Origin: Clostridia bacterium
GTDB lineage: Bacteria; Bacillota; Clostridia; Christensenellales; CAG-138
DNA length: 64,000 bases
NCBI GenBank assembly: GCA_017451295.1
Contig: JAFSPW010000057.1
Location: forward strand, 8,227-72,226
Direction: 5' to 3'
Below, piece after piece: positions 41,893 to 51,015 of the stretch. The notes beneath the pieces were generated by a model. The model made no database searches. It saw only the letters and a program-made list of their open reading frames with translations, and was not told the DNA's origin. Each line of letters starts with the position of its first letter. Position 1 is the stretch's first letter. A program made the position numbers and the translations under genes.

Positions 41893-43062
41893 ATGAGCAA
41901 GCGAGCCATTCTTATCGTTCTGGACAGCGTTGGCATCGGAGAGCTGCCCGATGCGGCGGAGTTTACCGATGCGGGTGCCAACACCCTGGGCCATATTCAT
42001 GAGCGTCATCCCCTTACGATTCCCAACATGAGCCGGCTGGGCATTGGTCACATTCAGGGCAGCACCCTGCCCAAGTGCCCCGGTACCCCCGAAGGCGCTT
42101 TTGGCAAGTGCATGGAGGTGACCCACGCCAAGGACACCACCTGCGGCCATTGGGAGATGGCCGGGCTCATTCAAAAGACCGCCTTTAAGACCTTCCCCAA
42201 CGGCTTCCCCAAGGCCCTCATGGAGGAGTTTGAAGCCAAAATCGGCCGGGGCACCCTGGGCAACGAGGTGGCCAGCGGCACCGAGATTATCGAGCGCCTG
42301 GGGGACGAGCACGTCAGAACCGGCAAGCCCATCGTATATACCTCTGCAGACAGCGTCTTTCAGGTGGCGGCTTCAGAGGAGGTCATCCCCCTGCAGGAAC
42401 TGTATCGCATCTGCGAGATAGCGCGTGAGATGCTGCAGGGCGAATACCTGGTGGGCCGGGTCATCGCCCGTCCCTTTGTAAAGAAGGACGGTCACTATGT
42501 CCGCACGGAGAACCGCAAGGACTACGCCATTCCCCCCTTCGAGGACACCATTTTGGACGGTCTGCACAATCAGGGCCTGCCCGTGGTGGCCGTGGGCAAG
42601 ATTGAGGACATCTTCTGCCACCGGGGCATCGACATCGTGGACCACACCAAGAACAACGAAACCGGCGTTGCCGCCACGGAACGGTTCATAAAGGAGGGCA
42701 CCGGCAGCTTCATCTTCACCAACCTGGTGGACTTTGACACGCTCTATGGCCACCGCCGGGATGTGGAGGGCTACGCCAAGGCCCTCGAACGCTTCGACGA
42801 ACAGCTGCCGGATATTCTGTCCCTCATGGGACCGGAGGATATCCTCTTTATCACCGCCGACCATGGCTGCGACCCCACCCATCACGGCACGGATCACACC
42901 CGGGAGCATATCCCCCTGCTGGTCACCGGCGCGCCCGTGAAAGCGGGGGTGGACCTGGGGGTCCGCAAGAGCTTTGCGGACATCGCCGCCACCATCTATG
43001 ACTATCTCACCGGCACCCCCTGGCACGCCGGGACCTCCTTCCTGAAGGATATCCTGAAGTAA
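41893..43062 (+). CDS. deoB: phosphopentomutase
   Basis: MSKRAILIVLDSVGIGELPDA...TADHGCDPT... is typical DeoB. 389 aa. Confidence 0.93.
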   Translation: MSKRAILIVLDSVGIGELPDAAEFTDAGANTLGHIHERHPLTIPNMSRLGIGHIQGSTLPKCPGTPEGAFGKCMEVTHAKDTTCGHWEMAGLIQKTAFKTFPNGFPKALMEEFEAKIGRGTLGNEVASGTEIIERLGDEHVRTGKPIVYTSADSVFQVAASEEVIPLQELYRICEIAREMLQGEYLVGRVIARPFVKKDGHYVRTENRKDYAIPPFEDTILDGLHNQGLPVVAVGKIEDIFCHRGIDIVDHTKNNETGVAATERFIKEGTGSFIFTNLVDFDTLYGHRRDVEGYAKALERFDEQLPDILSLMGPEDILFITADHGCDPTHHGTDHTREHIPLLVTGAPVKAGVDLGVRKSFADIAATIYDYLTGTPWHAGTSFLKDILK

Positions 43063-43087
43063 AGCGGAGCACCCCGCCGCAGCGGTC

Positions 43088-43121
43088 CAGTCCATCGAAA
43101 ACGACGGCTTTCGATGGACTG
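43088..43121 (+). terminator. perfect 13-bp hairpin after deoB (no U-tract)
   Basis: CAGTCCATCGAAA-8 nt-TTTCGATGGACTG. The downstream sequence is AAGCGAAG, so its function as an intrinsic terminator is uncertain. Confidence 0.35.
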
Positions 43122-43169
43122 AAGCGAAGCGTTGGCGCATAGGCTTATCCTGAAAAGGAGGAACTGCCT

Positions 43170-44309
43170 GTGCGTCGTTTTTTATCCGGTTTTCTGGTGA
43201 TTTTGCTGCTGATTCCCTGCCTCGCCTTTGGGGAGGGGGTGGACCCGGTGGACATGAACGTGCCCGCCTACTGCCTCCTGCTCCCGGGGCATCCGGAGCC
43301 CCTGTTGGAGCGGCAGGGGGAGAAGGAGCTGCCGGCGGCGGGCCTAAGAAAGCTCCCGGCCCTTGTCACCCTTTGCCGGGCCTTTGATAACGGAGTCATT
43401 GCCGAAAGTGCCTCCATGCAGGTGTCCTCTCGGGCTGCAAAGATAACCGGGCCCACGGCCTTTTTGGAATCGGGGGAGCAGATTGCCGCCGGGGAACTGT
43501 TGAAGGCGGCGGTGATGATTTCCGCCGGGGATGCCATCGTGGCCCTGGGGGAGAACGCCTTCGGCTCGGAAAGCGTGTTCCTCAACAACATCCAGGTCAC
43601 CCTCCGGGAGCTGGGCATCGACAAGGAGCTCAATGACTGCCTGGGCACCGGCACCGGCTTTTCCCCTCGGGAACTGTGCGCCCTGGCCGTGGCCGCCATG
43701 GACAGCCCCCATTTTTGCGCCTGGTGCGGCCAGTACATGGACCGCATCATCCATACCGGCGGCCGGGAGACGGAACTCGTGAACGCCAACCGCCTGATTC
43801 GCAGCTATAACGGCTGTTTCGGGCTGCTCACCGGTTCCCAAAAGGAGGAGGGCTATTGCGGCATCTTTGCCGTGCGTCGGGGGGAGGCCTGCTATGTGGC
43901 TTCCATCATGGGCGCAAAGACCAGCGAAGACAGGTTCTCTGCCGCCGCCACCCTGTTTGACTATGCCTTTGCCGCCTATGCCCCGGTGCGGCTTAGCAAG
44001 GAGGGGGAGATACTGGCGGCGGACTGGCCCGTTATCTATGGGGACAGGGAGACGGTGGACCTGGTGGCCCATGAGGATGTGTCGCTGCTTCTGAATAAGG
44101 ACCAGGGGAAGGTGGAGCGCCGGCTGGAACTGCCGGAGGTTTTGACTGCCCCCCTCTTTGCGGAGGAGAAGGTGGGTTCGGCGGTGTTTGTGCTTGGAGG
44201 GGAGGAGGTTCGCTCCATCCCCCTGTATCCGGCCGTGGACGTGGTGTCCAACACCTTTAGGGACATCTTCTGCCGCATCGCCTGGCGGTATCTGAGAAAA
44301 AACCAATAG
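43170..44309 (+). CDS. D-alanyl-D-alanine carboxypeptidase (S11/PBP5) homologue with degenerate active-site motifs
   Basis: GTG start 8 nt after GGAGG, with a signal peptide. The fold-level alignment to DacB/DacF is clear, but SxxK reads AGLRK, SxN reads SAG and KTG reads LTG. Confidence 0.7.
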   Translation: MRRFLSGFLVILLLIPCLAFGEGVDPVDMNVPAYCLLLPGHPEPLLERQGEKELPAAGLRKLPALVTLCRAFDNGVIAESASMQVSSRAAKITGPTAFLESGEQIAAGELLKAAVMISAGDAIVALGENAFGSESVFLNNIQVTLRELGIDKELNDCLGTGTGFSPRELCALAVAAMDSPHFCAWCGQYMDRIIHTGGRETELVNANRLIRSYNGCFGLLTGSQKEEGYCGIFAVRRGEACYVASIMGAKTSEDRFSAAATLFDYAFAAYAPVRLSKEGEILAADWPVIYGDRETVDLVAHEDVSLLLNKDQGKVERRLELPEVLTAPLFAEEKVGSAVFVLGGEEVRSIPLYPAVDVVSNTFRDIFCRIAWRYLRKNQ

Positions 44310-44354
44310 GCCCGGGGCTTGCCAAAGGGGGCGGGCCTGGGGTATACTATGCCC

Positions 44355-44999
44355 ATGAGCAGAATCCAGTATTATCTACAAAATCCCCTGCAGCTGCTGT
44401 ATATGCTGCCCGCCCTCTTGCTGGGCTTGACCCTGCACGAGTGGGGCCATGCCTATGCGGCCCTTCGCTGCGGCGACCACACGGCCCGGAACCTGGGGCG
44501 GCTGAGCCTGAACCCCCTGGACCACTTTGATGTGCTGGGCACCCTGTGCCTGCTGTTCCTGGGCTTCGGCTGGGCGAAGCCCGTGCCCATCAACCCTCGC
44601 AATTTCAAGAGCTTTCGCCGGGATTATGTCATCGTCTCCCTGGCGGGGGTCGCCATGAACCTATTGCAGGTGGTGGTATTCTCCGCCCTGTTTGTGGCGC
44701 TGGTTCGCCTGAACCCGGCCCTTATCTACAACGATGGCTTCTATTATATCCTCCTCAACCTCATCGGCATCAACACCACGCTGATCATCTTCAACCTCAT
44801 CCCCCTGCCGCCGCTGGACGGCAGTCGGGTGGCAGAGGTGCTGCTGGCCCGGAAGGTGCCTTATAAGGTTTTCGCCTTTCTCAACCGGTACGGGCAGTAC
44901 ATTCTGCTGGCCCTATTGTGGATTGGGATTCTGGATTATCCCATCTCCTGGGCGCAAAACCTGGTGTTCTCCGCCATCAGTAAGCTGCTGGTGCTCTAA
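44355..44999 (+). CDS. site-2 protease (M50) family membrane metalloprotease
   Basis: HEWGHA zinc motif and NLIPLPPLDGSRV motif. The start is ATG 44355 or 44349. Confidence 0.8.
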   Translation: MSRIQYYLQNPLQLLYMLPALLLGLTLHEWGHAYAALRCGDHTARNLGRLSLNPLDHFDVLGTLCLLFLGFGWAKPVPINPRNFKSFRRDYVIVSLAGVAMNLLQVVVFSALFVALVRLNPALIYNDGFYYILLNLIGINTTLIIFNLIPLPPLDGSRVAEVLLARKVPYKVFAFLNRYGQYILLALLWIGILDYPISWAQNLVFSAISKLLVL

Positions 45000-45002
45000 C
45001 GC

Positions 45003-45791
45003 ATGGACGTCTATCGGGTACATATTCATGACTTTGAGGGACCTCTTGATCTGCTGCTCCACCTGATTGAGAAGGCGGAAGTCAGCATAGAGGACATCTT
45101 CGTGTCCGAGATTACGGCTTCGTATCTGGAGTACATGCAGGAGCTGACCGAGGAGGAGATGGACGCCGCCAGCGACTTTCTCACCGTGGCGGCCCAGCTC
45201 GTGTACCTTAAGTCCCGGCACCTGCTGCCCCGGCCCGTTCCCCTGGAGGAAGGGGAGCAGGAGGACCCGGAGGAGGCCTTCATCCGCCGCCTGAAGGAGT
45301 ATAAGATGTACAAGGCCGCCGGGGAGGAGCTGAGCGACCTCTACCAGCAGGCCCGGCTTCGGTTCTCCCGGCTGCCGGAGGAACTGCCGCCGCCCAAGGA
45401 GGAGGCGGAGTTAAAGGACACCACGGTGGAGGGGCTGTTGCGGGCCTTCCTGCTGGCGCTCGAGGGGGCCAGGGATGAGCAGGAGAACCAGATTCGGGAG
45501 CATCGGGTCCGTCAGGACAGCTTCACGGTTCGCGAACGCTCCGGCTTCATTCGAAAAAGGCTGCAAGAAAGGGAGCATGTCACCTTTGCAGAGCTCCTTA
45601 GCCCCCGACCCAGCCGCATGGAGGTGGTGGTCACCTTCATGGCGGTGCTGGAGATGATGAACCGGGGGGAGGTTCACATCACCCAGGGGGACACCTTCGC
45701 CCCCATCCGCATCCACATGCGCCATCTTTTGGAGGACGGGGAGGACACCATATATATGGACGAGGAGGAGACCCTTTCCTCCGGGGAGTAA
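45003..45791 (+). CDS. scpA: segregation and condensation protein A
   Basis: FEGPLDLLLHLIEKAEVSIEDIFVSEIT is a typical ScpA N-terminus. Confidence 0.9.
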   Translation: MDVYRVHIHDFEGPLDLLLHLIEKAEVSIEDIFVSEITASYLEYMQELTEEEMDAASDFLTVAAQLVYLKSRHLLPRPVPLEEGEQEDPEEAFIRRLKEYKMYKAAGEELSDLYQQARLRFSRLPEELPPPKEEAELKDTTVEGLLRAFLLALEGARDEQENQIREHRVRQDSFTVRERSGFIRKRLQEREHVTFAELLSPRPSRMEVVVTFMAVLEMMNRGEVHITQGDTFAPIRIHMRHLLEDGEDTIYMDEEETLSSGE

Positions 45792-45794
45792 CAT

Positions 45795-46316
45795 ATGGAC
45801 AGAATCACATCCAAGCTGGAAAGCATACTGTTTGTGGCCGGAGAGCCGGTGCCGCTAGCAGAGCTTGCCCGGGGCCTCATGGTGACCGATGGGGAACTCA
45901 AGCAGGCCCTGGCTGAGCTGTCCCTTGCCTATGAATCGGAGGGCAGGGGCCTTCGCCTCTTTTGCACCGGGGACACGGCTCAGCTTACCACCGCCCCCGA
46001 AAATGCCGAGGCGGTGGAGGCGGTGCTCACCCCCCTGCAGCATAAGAGCCTGAGTAACTCCATGCTCGAAACCCTGGCCATCATCGCCTATCGGCAGCCC
46101 GTCACCCGGGGGGAGATTGAGGAGATTCGGGGCGTTCGCTGCGAATACGCCGTGGAACGGCTGCTGAAGCTCAATCTCATAGAGGTTGCCGGACGAAAGG
46201 ATGTGCCCGGTCGGCCCATGCTGCTCAAGACCACGGACACCTTCTTGCATAAGTTTGACCTAAACAGCCTGGAGGGCCTTCCCGCCCTGCCCCGGGAGGT
46301 TATTAAGACCGTGTAA
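45795..46316 (+). CDS. scpB: segregation and condensation protein B
   Basis: LESILFVAGEPV...LETLAIIAYRQPVTRGEIEEIRGV is typical ScpB. Confidence 0.9.
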   Translation: MDRITSKLESILFVAGEPVPLAELARGLMVTDGELKQALAELSLAYESEGRGLRLFCTGDTAQLTTAPENAEAVEAVLTPLQHKSLSNSMLETLAIIAYRQPVTRGEIEEIRGVRCEYAVERLLKLNLIEVAGRKDVPGRPMLLKTTDTFLHKFDLNSLEGLPALPREVIKTV

Positions 46317-46324
46317 ATCCCCTA

Positions 46325-46353
46325 TTGACAAGGGAAGGAACATAGGGTATACT
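46325..46353 (+). promoter_or_regulatory. consensus sigmaA promoter upstream of ylxM-ffh
   Basis: TTGACA (46325-30), 17 nt spacer, TATACT (46348-53). Confidence 0.65.
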
Positions 46354-46358
46354 GTTCA

Positions 46359-46391
46359 AGCTGTAAAGTAAAAATGCTTTACAGCTTTTTT
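46359..46391 (+). terminator. hairpin + U6 immediately downstream of the ylxM promoter (terminator/5' stabiliser)
   Basis: AGCTGTAAAG-taaaaatg-CTTTACAGCT (46359-46386) followed by TTTTT. It starts at about the predicted +1 position. Confidence 0.6.
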
Positions 46392-46402
46392 AGAGGTTAT
46401 GC

Positions 46403-46747
46403 ATGGATAAGTTGATTGAACTCGGGGAGCTGCTGGATTGGTACGGCATGCTCCTGACCCAAAAGCAGCGGGCGGTCGTGGAGCAGTATGCCAACGAGAA
46501 TTGCTCCCTTTCCGAAATCGCCGAGCGGGAGGGCATCTCCCGCCAGGGGGTCCGGGATGCCTTGAAGCGGGGGGAGGAACAGCTCAGGGCCTATGAGCAG
46601 GAGCTGAAGCTGGTGGAAAAGTTCAACCGGCAGGAGCGGCTCATGGCCGCCATGCGAACCCTCATCAAGGAAAGCCATGTGACCGACAGGGAAAAGGAAC
46701 TGCTGAACATGGGTCTAGACACCATAGAGAACGTTTGGGAGGAGTAA
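46403..46747 (+). CDS. ylxM: YlxM/p13-family putative DNA-binding protein (UPF0122)
   Basis: LLDWYGMLLTQKQRAVVEQYANENCSLSEIAEREGISRQGVRDALKR. It is in the conserved position upstream of ffh. Confidence 0.85.
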   Translation: MDKLIELGELLDWYGMLLTQKQRAVVEQYANENCSLSEIAEREGISRQGVRDALKRGEEQLRAYEQELKLVEKFNRQERLMAAMRTLIKESHVTDREKELLNMGLDTIENVWEE

Positions 46748-46753
46748 AGCATC

Positions 46754-48085
46754 ATGGCCTTTGAAGGAATCTCGGGCGGCCTCCAAAACATATTCAAGAA
46801 GCTGACGGGCCGGGGGCGTCTGTCTGAGAAGGACGTGAAGGACGCCATGCGGGAAATCCGCCTGGTGCTGCTGCAAGCGGATGTAAACTACCTGGTGGTG
46901 AAGGACTTTGTCAAGAAGGTCACCGACCGGGCCGTGGGCAGCGATGTGCTGGAAAGCCTGACCCCCGGACAGCAGATTATCAAAATCGTCAACGAGGAAA
47001 TGACGGCTTTGATGGGCGCCACCAACGCCCGGCTGGACTTTGGCTCCACCAAACCCGCCATCATCCTTATGGCGGGTCTGCAGGGCGCCGGCAAAACCAC
47101 CATGTGTGGAAAACTGGCCCTGCTGCTCAAAAAACAGTACAGCAAGAACCCCCTGCTCTGCGCCTGCGATATCTACCGTCCCGCCGCTATCGAGCAGCTA
47201 CAGGTGGTGGGGGAGAAGGTGGGGGTTCCCGTCTTCGAGAAGGGACAGACCGACCCGGTGCAGGTGGCCGCAGAGGCGGTGGAATACGCCCGGCGCAACT
47301 TTTATGATGTGCTCATCGTGGATACCGCCGGTCGTCTGCATGTGGACGAGGGCATGATGGAGGAGCTAAAGAAGCTCCGGGACAGCCTGAACCCTGCCGA
47401 AGTGCTGCTGGTTATCGACGCCATGACCGGTCAGGATGCGGTCAACGCCGCCAAAGCCTTCCATGAGGCGGTGCCGCTGACGGGTGTCATCCTTACCAAG
47501 CTGGACGGCGATACCCGGGGCGGTGCGGCGCTATCCGTCAAGGCGGTGACCGGAAAACCCATCAAGTTTGCCGGAACCGGCGAGAAGCTGACGGATATCG
47601 AGCCCTTCCATCCCGACAGAATGGCTTCCCGTATCCTGGGCATGGGAGACGTGCTCACCCTCATCGAAAAGGCTCAGCAGGCTTTCGACGAGAAGAAGGC
47701 CGTGGAGATGGAGAAGAAGATGCGTACCGCATCCTTCGACCTCAACGACTTTTTAGAGCAGATGGAGCAGATGCAGAACATGGGCTCCATGGAGGACATG
47801 CTCAAGATGATTCCCGGGGCCAGCAAGCTGGGGGACATTCAGATTGACGAAAAGGCCATGGCCCGCACCAAGGCCATCATCCAGTCCATGACCCGGGCCG
47901 AAAGGTCCAACCCGGATTTGCTCAACGCCAGCCGCCGCCGCCGCATCGCCAGGGGCAGCGGCACCAGCGTTCAGGAGGTCAATCGGCTCATGAACCAGTT
48001 CAACCAGAGCCGGCAGCTGATGAAGCAGATGACCAACAAAAAGTTTTTGAAGCGTGGCCGGGGGCGGCTCCCCTTTGGTCTGTAA
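46754..48085 (+). CDS. ffh: signal recognition particle protein Ffh
   Basis: GTPase motifs GLQGAGKTT, DTAGR and TKLDGD, plus a Met-rich M domain. Confidence 0.97.
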   Translation: MAFEGISGGLQNIFKKLTGRGRLSEKDVKDAMREIRLVLLQADVNYLVVKDFVKKVTDRAVGSDVLESLTPGQQIIKIVNEEMTALMGATNARLDFGSTKPAIILMAGLQGAGKTTMCGKLALLLKKQYSKNPLLCACDIYRPAAIEQLQVVGEKVGVPVFEKGQTDPVQVAAEAVEYARRNFYDVLIVDTAGRLHVDEGMMEELKKLRDSLNPAEVLLVIDAMTGQDAVNAAKAFHEAVPLTGVILTKLDGDTRGGAALSVKAVTGKPIKFAGTGEKLTDIEPFHPDRMASRILGMGDVLTLIEKAQQAFDEKKAVEMEKKMRTASFDLNDFLEQMEQMQNMGSMEDMLKMIPGASKLGDIQIDEKAMARTKAIIQSMTRAERSNPDLLNASRRRRIARGSGTSVQEVNRLMNQFNQSRQLMKQMTNKKFLKRGRGRLPFGL

Positions 48086-48100
48086 GGAGGAAAGAGGAGC

Positions 48101-48736
48101 ATGAAGAAAACCATTCTGATTTGCCTTTGCCTGGTACTGCTGCTTTGTGCCTTTGCCTGCAAGAGCGCAGACACAAGCGCCGCCGCCCAAACCGCCGAAG
48201 CGCCCGTCTTTACCACGCTTAGCGATGTCTATGCCATCGAGGAGGACGGTGCCTACAGTATGGACGATAGCTGGTATCTGTATGTGTTCGACTGCAACGG
48301 CACCACCTATCGGGTGGCGGCTCGGATAACGCCCGAGATATATGCCAAGGCCGAGGAAATCGACTTTTTTGATGAGGAACGGGAGCAGAAGCTGCATGCC
48401 CTTCTGGCCGATTTGCCGATTGTGGAGGTGACGAATCTGTCTGCGAATATTCCCAGCGAGGCGGAGTTAGAGAGCTACAAGGGCAAGACCGGAGCAGAGC
48501 TTGTGGATTTAGGCTTTAGCTATATGGGCTATAACTTTTCCGATGAGCAGACCGTCTATTATATGGAGCGCGGCGACTATTCCTATGAAGTGGCCTTCAA
48601 CGAGGTGCTTTCCTTCGAGGACGACGAGATTCCCGATGATTTTGACGCCGATGCCGCCCTTATGCCCCTCACCGTAAAATCCGTCACCTACACGGGTGTC
48701 GGCGGCAGGTGCCTCGATTACATCCCCCAGGTATAA
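48101..48736 (+). CDS. hypothetical lipoprotein
   Basis: Lipobox LLLCAFAC. An acidic 211-aa protein with no recognisable family. Confidence 0.6.
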   Translation: MKKTILICLCLVLLLCAFACKSADTSAAAQTAEAPVFTTLSDVYAIEEDGAYSMDDSWYLYVFDCNGTTYRVAARITPEIYAKAEEIDFFDEEREQKLHALLADLPIVEVTNLSANIPSEAELESYKGKTGAELVDLGFSYMGYNFSDEQTVYYMERGDYSYEVAFNEVLSFEDDEIPDDFDADAALMPLTVKSVTYTGVGGRCLDYIPQV

Positions 48737-48807
48737 CGCAGGTTTCGGAGGGGCAACCCTCCTGCCGATATACAAACCTAAAAAGCAAAAAGAGGAGAAA
48801 ACAAACA

Positions 48808-49050
48808 ATGCTGAAGATCAGACTGCGCCGCATGGGCGCCAAGAAAGCCCCCTTCTACCGTATCATCGTGGCCGATTCCCGGGCTCCCCGGAATGGCGCC
48901 TTCGTGGAGGAAATCGGTTACTACAATCCCGGCACCGAGCCTGCCGAGCTGAAGGTGGACAATGAGAAAGCCGCTGCCTGGATGAAGAACGGCGCCCAGC
49001 CCACGGATACCGTCCGGGCCCTGCTCAAGAAGTCCGGCGCCATCGAATAA
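48808..49050 (+). CDS. rpsP: 30S ribosomal protein S16
   Basis: Start trimmed to [25 protein letters not shown] after AGAGGAG. Confidence 0.95.
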   Translation: MLKIRLRRMGAKKAPFYRIIVADSRAPRNGAFVEEIGYYNPGTEPAELKVDNEKAAAWMKNGAQPTDTVRALLKKSGAIE

Positions 49051-49053
49051 GCC

Positions 49054-49281
49054 ATGGACGAGCTGGTACTGTTTATTGCAAAGAGCCTCGTGAACCACCC
49101 GGAGAATGTGAAGGTGGAAACGCGGGAGGAGGATGACGCCGTCGTCATCCAGCTTTCCGTGGACCCCTCCGATGCGGGCAAGGTCATCGGCAAGCAAGGC
49201 CGTATCGCCAAGGCCATCCGCACCATCGTGAAGGCCTCCTCCGTCAACGAGCAGAAGAAGTACGTGGTGGACATTCTGTGA
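49054..49281 (+). CDS. KH domain-containing protein (YlqC-like)
   Basis: LVNHPENVKVE...GKVIGKQGRIAKAIRTIV (contains GxxG). It is in the conserved rpsP-KH-rimM position. Confidence 0.85.
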   Translation: MDELVLFIAKSLVNHPENVKVETREEDDAVVIQLSVDPSDAGKVIGKQGRIAKAIRTIVKASSVNEQKKYVVDIL

Positions 49282-49793
49282 TTGCGTATCTGCGCGTAGG
49301 CTACATCGCCCGGCCCCATGGGCTCCAAGGGGCGGTGAAGCTCGATCCGCTGACGGACGATGTGGGGCGTTTTAAGGGCCTGACCGAAGGATATTTAGAG
49401 CTGCACGGGCAATATACCCCCGTGCAGCTTTGTGTGCTTTCCAGGCGACCCGATGCGGTGGTGGTGAAGCTCACGGGTATTGACACCGTGGACCAGGCCC
49501 AAACCCTGCGCGGCGGCTATATCTGCGTGGACAGAGCCCATGCGGCGCCGCTGCCGGAGTATACCTATTTTATTGCGGACTTAATCGGTCTGAACGTTCT
49601 GGATACAAACGGGAAATCCTACGGCAAGATTACGGATGTGCTCTCTACCGGCGCCAACGATGTGTATGTTGTGGACGGCGGAAAGCTGATGGTGCCGGCC
49701 TTAAAAAAGGTCATCCACAGCGTGGACCTGCCCGGGGGGACCATCACCTTCCATGCCCAGGTGTTGGAGGAGGTGGGCTTCTTTGCGGATTGA
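49278..49793 (+). CDS. rimM: ribosome maturation factor RimM
   Basis: GTG start. VGYIARPHGLQGAVKL... is a typical RimM N-terminus. Confidence 0.9.
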   Translation: MIAYLRVGYIARPHGLQGAVKLDPLTDDVGRFKGLTEGYLELHGQYTPVQLCVLSRRPDAVVVKLTGIDTVDQAQTLRGGYICVDRAHAAPLPEYTYFIADLIGLNVLDTNGKSYGKITDVLSTGANDVYVVDGGKLMVPALKKVIHSVDLPGGTITFHAQVLEEVGFFAD

Positions 49794-50484
49794 TTTTCTT
49801 ACCCTCTTCCCAGAGATGTTCTCCGGCCCCTTTTCCGCCTCCATGCTCCATCGGGCACAGGAAGCCGGGGTGCTGGAGATTCATATTCACGACATTCGCT
49901 CCTGGTCCGACAACAAGCATAATAAGGCGGACGACTATCCCTTTGGCGGCGGCGCCGGCCTTGTGATGATGGCCCAGCCCATTGTCGACGCCATAGCCGC
50001 CGTGGACCCAAAGCATGAAGCCCACCGCCTGCTCATGACCCCCAGAGGCAAGCTCCTTAGCACACAGAGGGCCAGGGAGCTGGCTGCTTTTGATCGCTTG
50101 CTCCTGCTCTGCGGCCATTATGAGGGGGTGGACGAGCGGGTCATGGCGTACATGGACGGGGAGGTCTCCATCGGCGACTATATCCTGACCGGCGGCGAGC
50201 TTCCGGCCATGGTGGTTGCCGACTGTGTCAGCCGCTTCGTGCCCGGTGTCCTGGGCCGGGAGGAGAGCGCCCAGGACGAAAGCTTCTCCAAATCCCTCTT
50301 AGAATACCCCCAGTACACGCGCCCGGCAGACTTTCGGGGCCAGCCGGTGCCAAAGGTGCTCTTAAGCGGCCACGCTGCCAACATCGCCGCCTGGCGGCAG
50401 GAACAGGCTCTCATCAAAACCCGACAGAACCGACCGGAGCTGTTGGGCACCTTTGGAAAATACTACGAAAACAAGGGAAAATAG
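49783..50484 (+). CDS. trmD: tRNA (guanine37-N1)-methyltransferase TrmD
   Basis: TTG 49783 lies 6 nt after GGAGGAGGTG and gives (M)RIDFLTLFPEMF, the canonical TrmD N-terminus. It overlaps the end of rimM. Confidence 0.92.
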   Translation: MRIDFLTLFPEMFSGPFSASMLHRAQEAGVLEIHIHDIRSWSDNKHNKADDYPFGGGAGLVMMAQPIVDAIAAVDPKHEAHRLLMTPRGKLLSTQRARELAAFDRLLLLCGHYEGVDERVMAYMDGEVSIGDYILTGGELPAMVVADCVSRFVPGVLGREESAQDESFSKSLLEYPQYTRPADFRGQPVPKVLLSGHAANIAAWRQEQALIKTRQNRPELLGTFGKYYENKGK

Positions 50485-50487
50485 GGC

Positions 50488-50516
50488 TTGCATTCCCTAC
50501 TTTGCCATGGTATAAT
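50488..50516 (+). promoter_or_regulatory. near-consensus promoter of rplS
   Basis: TTGCAT (50488-93), 17 nt spacer, TGG-TATAAT (50511-16, extended -10). Confidence 0.7.
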
Positions 50517-50522
50517 ACGCCC

Positions 50523-50611
50523 GTTGCGGCCATGGGTGGTCCTCTGTCCCCTGCTTTGGGGAAACGAACGCCTGTATCGCTCATTGGAATGAACGAAAGG
50601 AGAAAATCAAA
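50523..50611 (+). promoter_or_regulatory. rplS 5' leader, candidate L19 autoregulatory leader
   Basis: A GC-rich UTR of about 90 nt lies between the promoter and the rplS SD (AAAGGAG). The position matches the Firmicute L19 leader, but the structure has not been verified. Confidence 0.4.
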
Positions 50612-50965
50612 ATGTCCGACATCATCAAAGAATTGGAAAAAGAACAGTTGCGTACCGATCTGCCCGAGCTGGAGATTGGCGACCAGGTCCGGGTCTTCGT
50701 TAAGGTTGTGGAAGGCACTCACGAGCGCCTGCAGAACTTCGAGGGCATCGTCATCAAGATGGAGGGCGGCGGCATCCGCAAGTCCTTCACCGTCCGCCGT
50801 ATTTCCTATGGCGTGGGCGTGGAGCGCACCTTCCCCTATCACAGCCCCCGCATCGGCCGCATTGAGGTGGTGCGCCACGGTGTGGTCCGCCGGGCCAAGC
50901 TCTACTACCTGCGGGAGCGTTCCGGCAAGGCTGCCAAGATTCGCGAGCGGATCGTCACCAAATAA
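50612..50965 (+). CDS. rplS: 50S ribosomal protein L19
   Basis: [27 protein letters not shown]...RRAKLYYLR, the canonical L19 sequence. Confidence 0.97.
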   Translation: MSDIIKELEKEQLRTDLPELEIGDQVRVFVKVVEGTHERLQNFEGIVIKMEGGGIRKSFTVRRISYGVGVERTFPYHSPRIGRIEVVRHGVVRRAKLYYLRERSGKAAKIRERIVTK

Positions 50966-50974
50966 AACAACCCT

Positions 50975-51003
50975 TGCCCCGCTTTCAAACGGGGCATTTT
51001 TGT
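50975..51003 (+). terminator. rplS intrinsic terminator
   Basis: TGCCCCG-ctttcaaa-CGGGGCA followed by TTTTTGT. Confidence 0.8.
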
Positions 51004-51015
51004 ATCTAATAGCGT

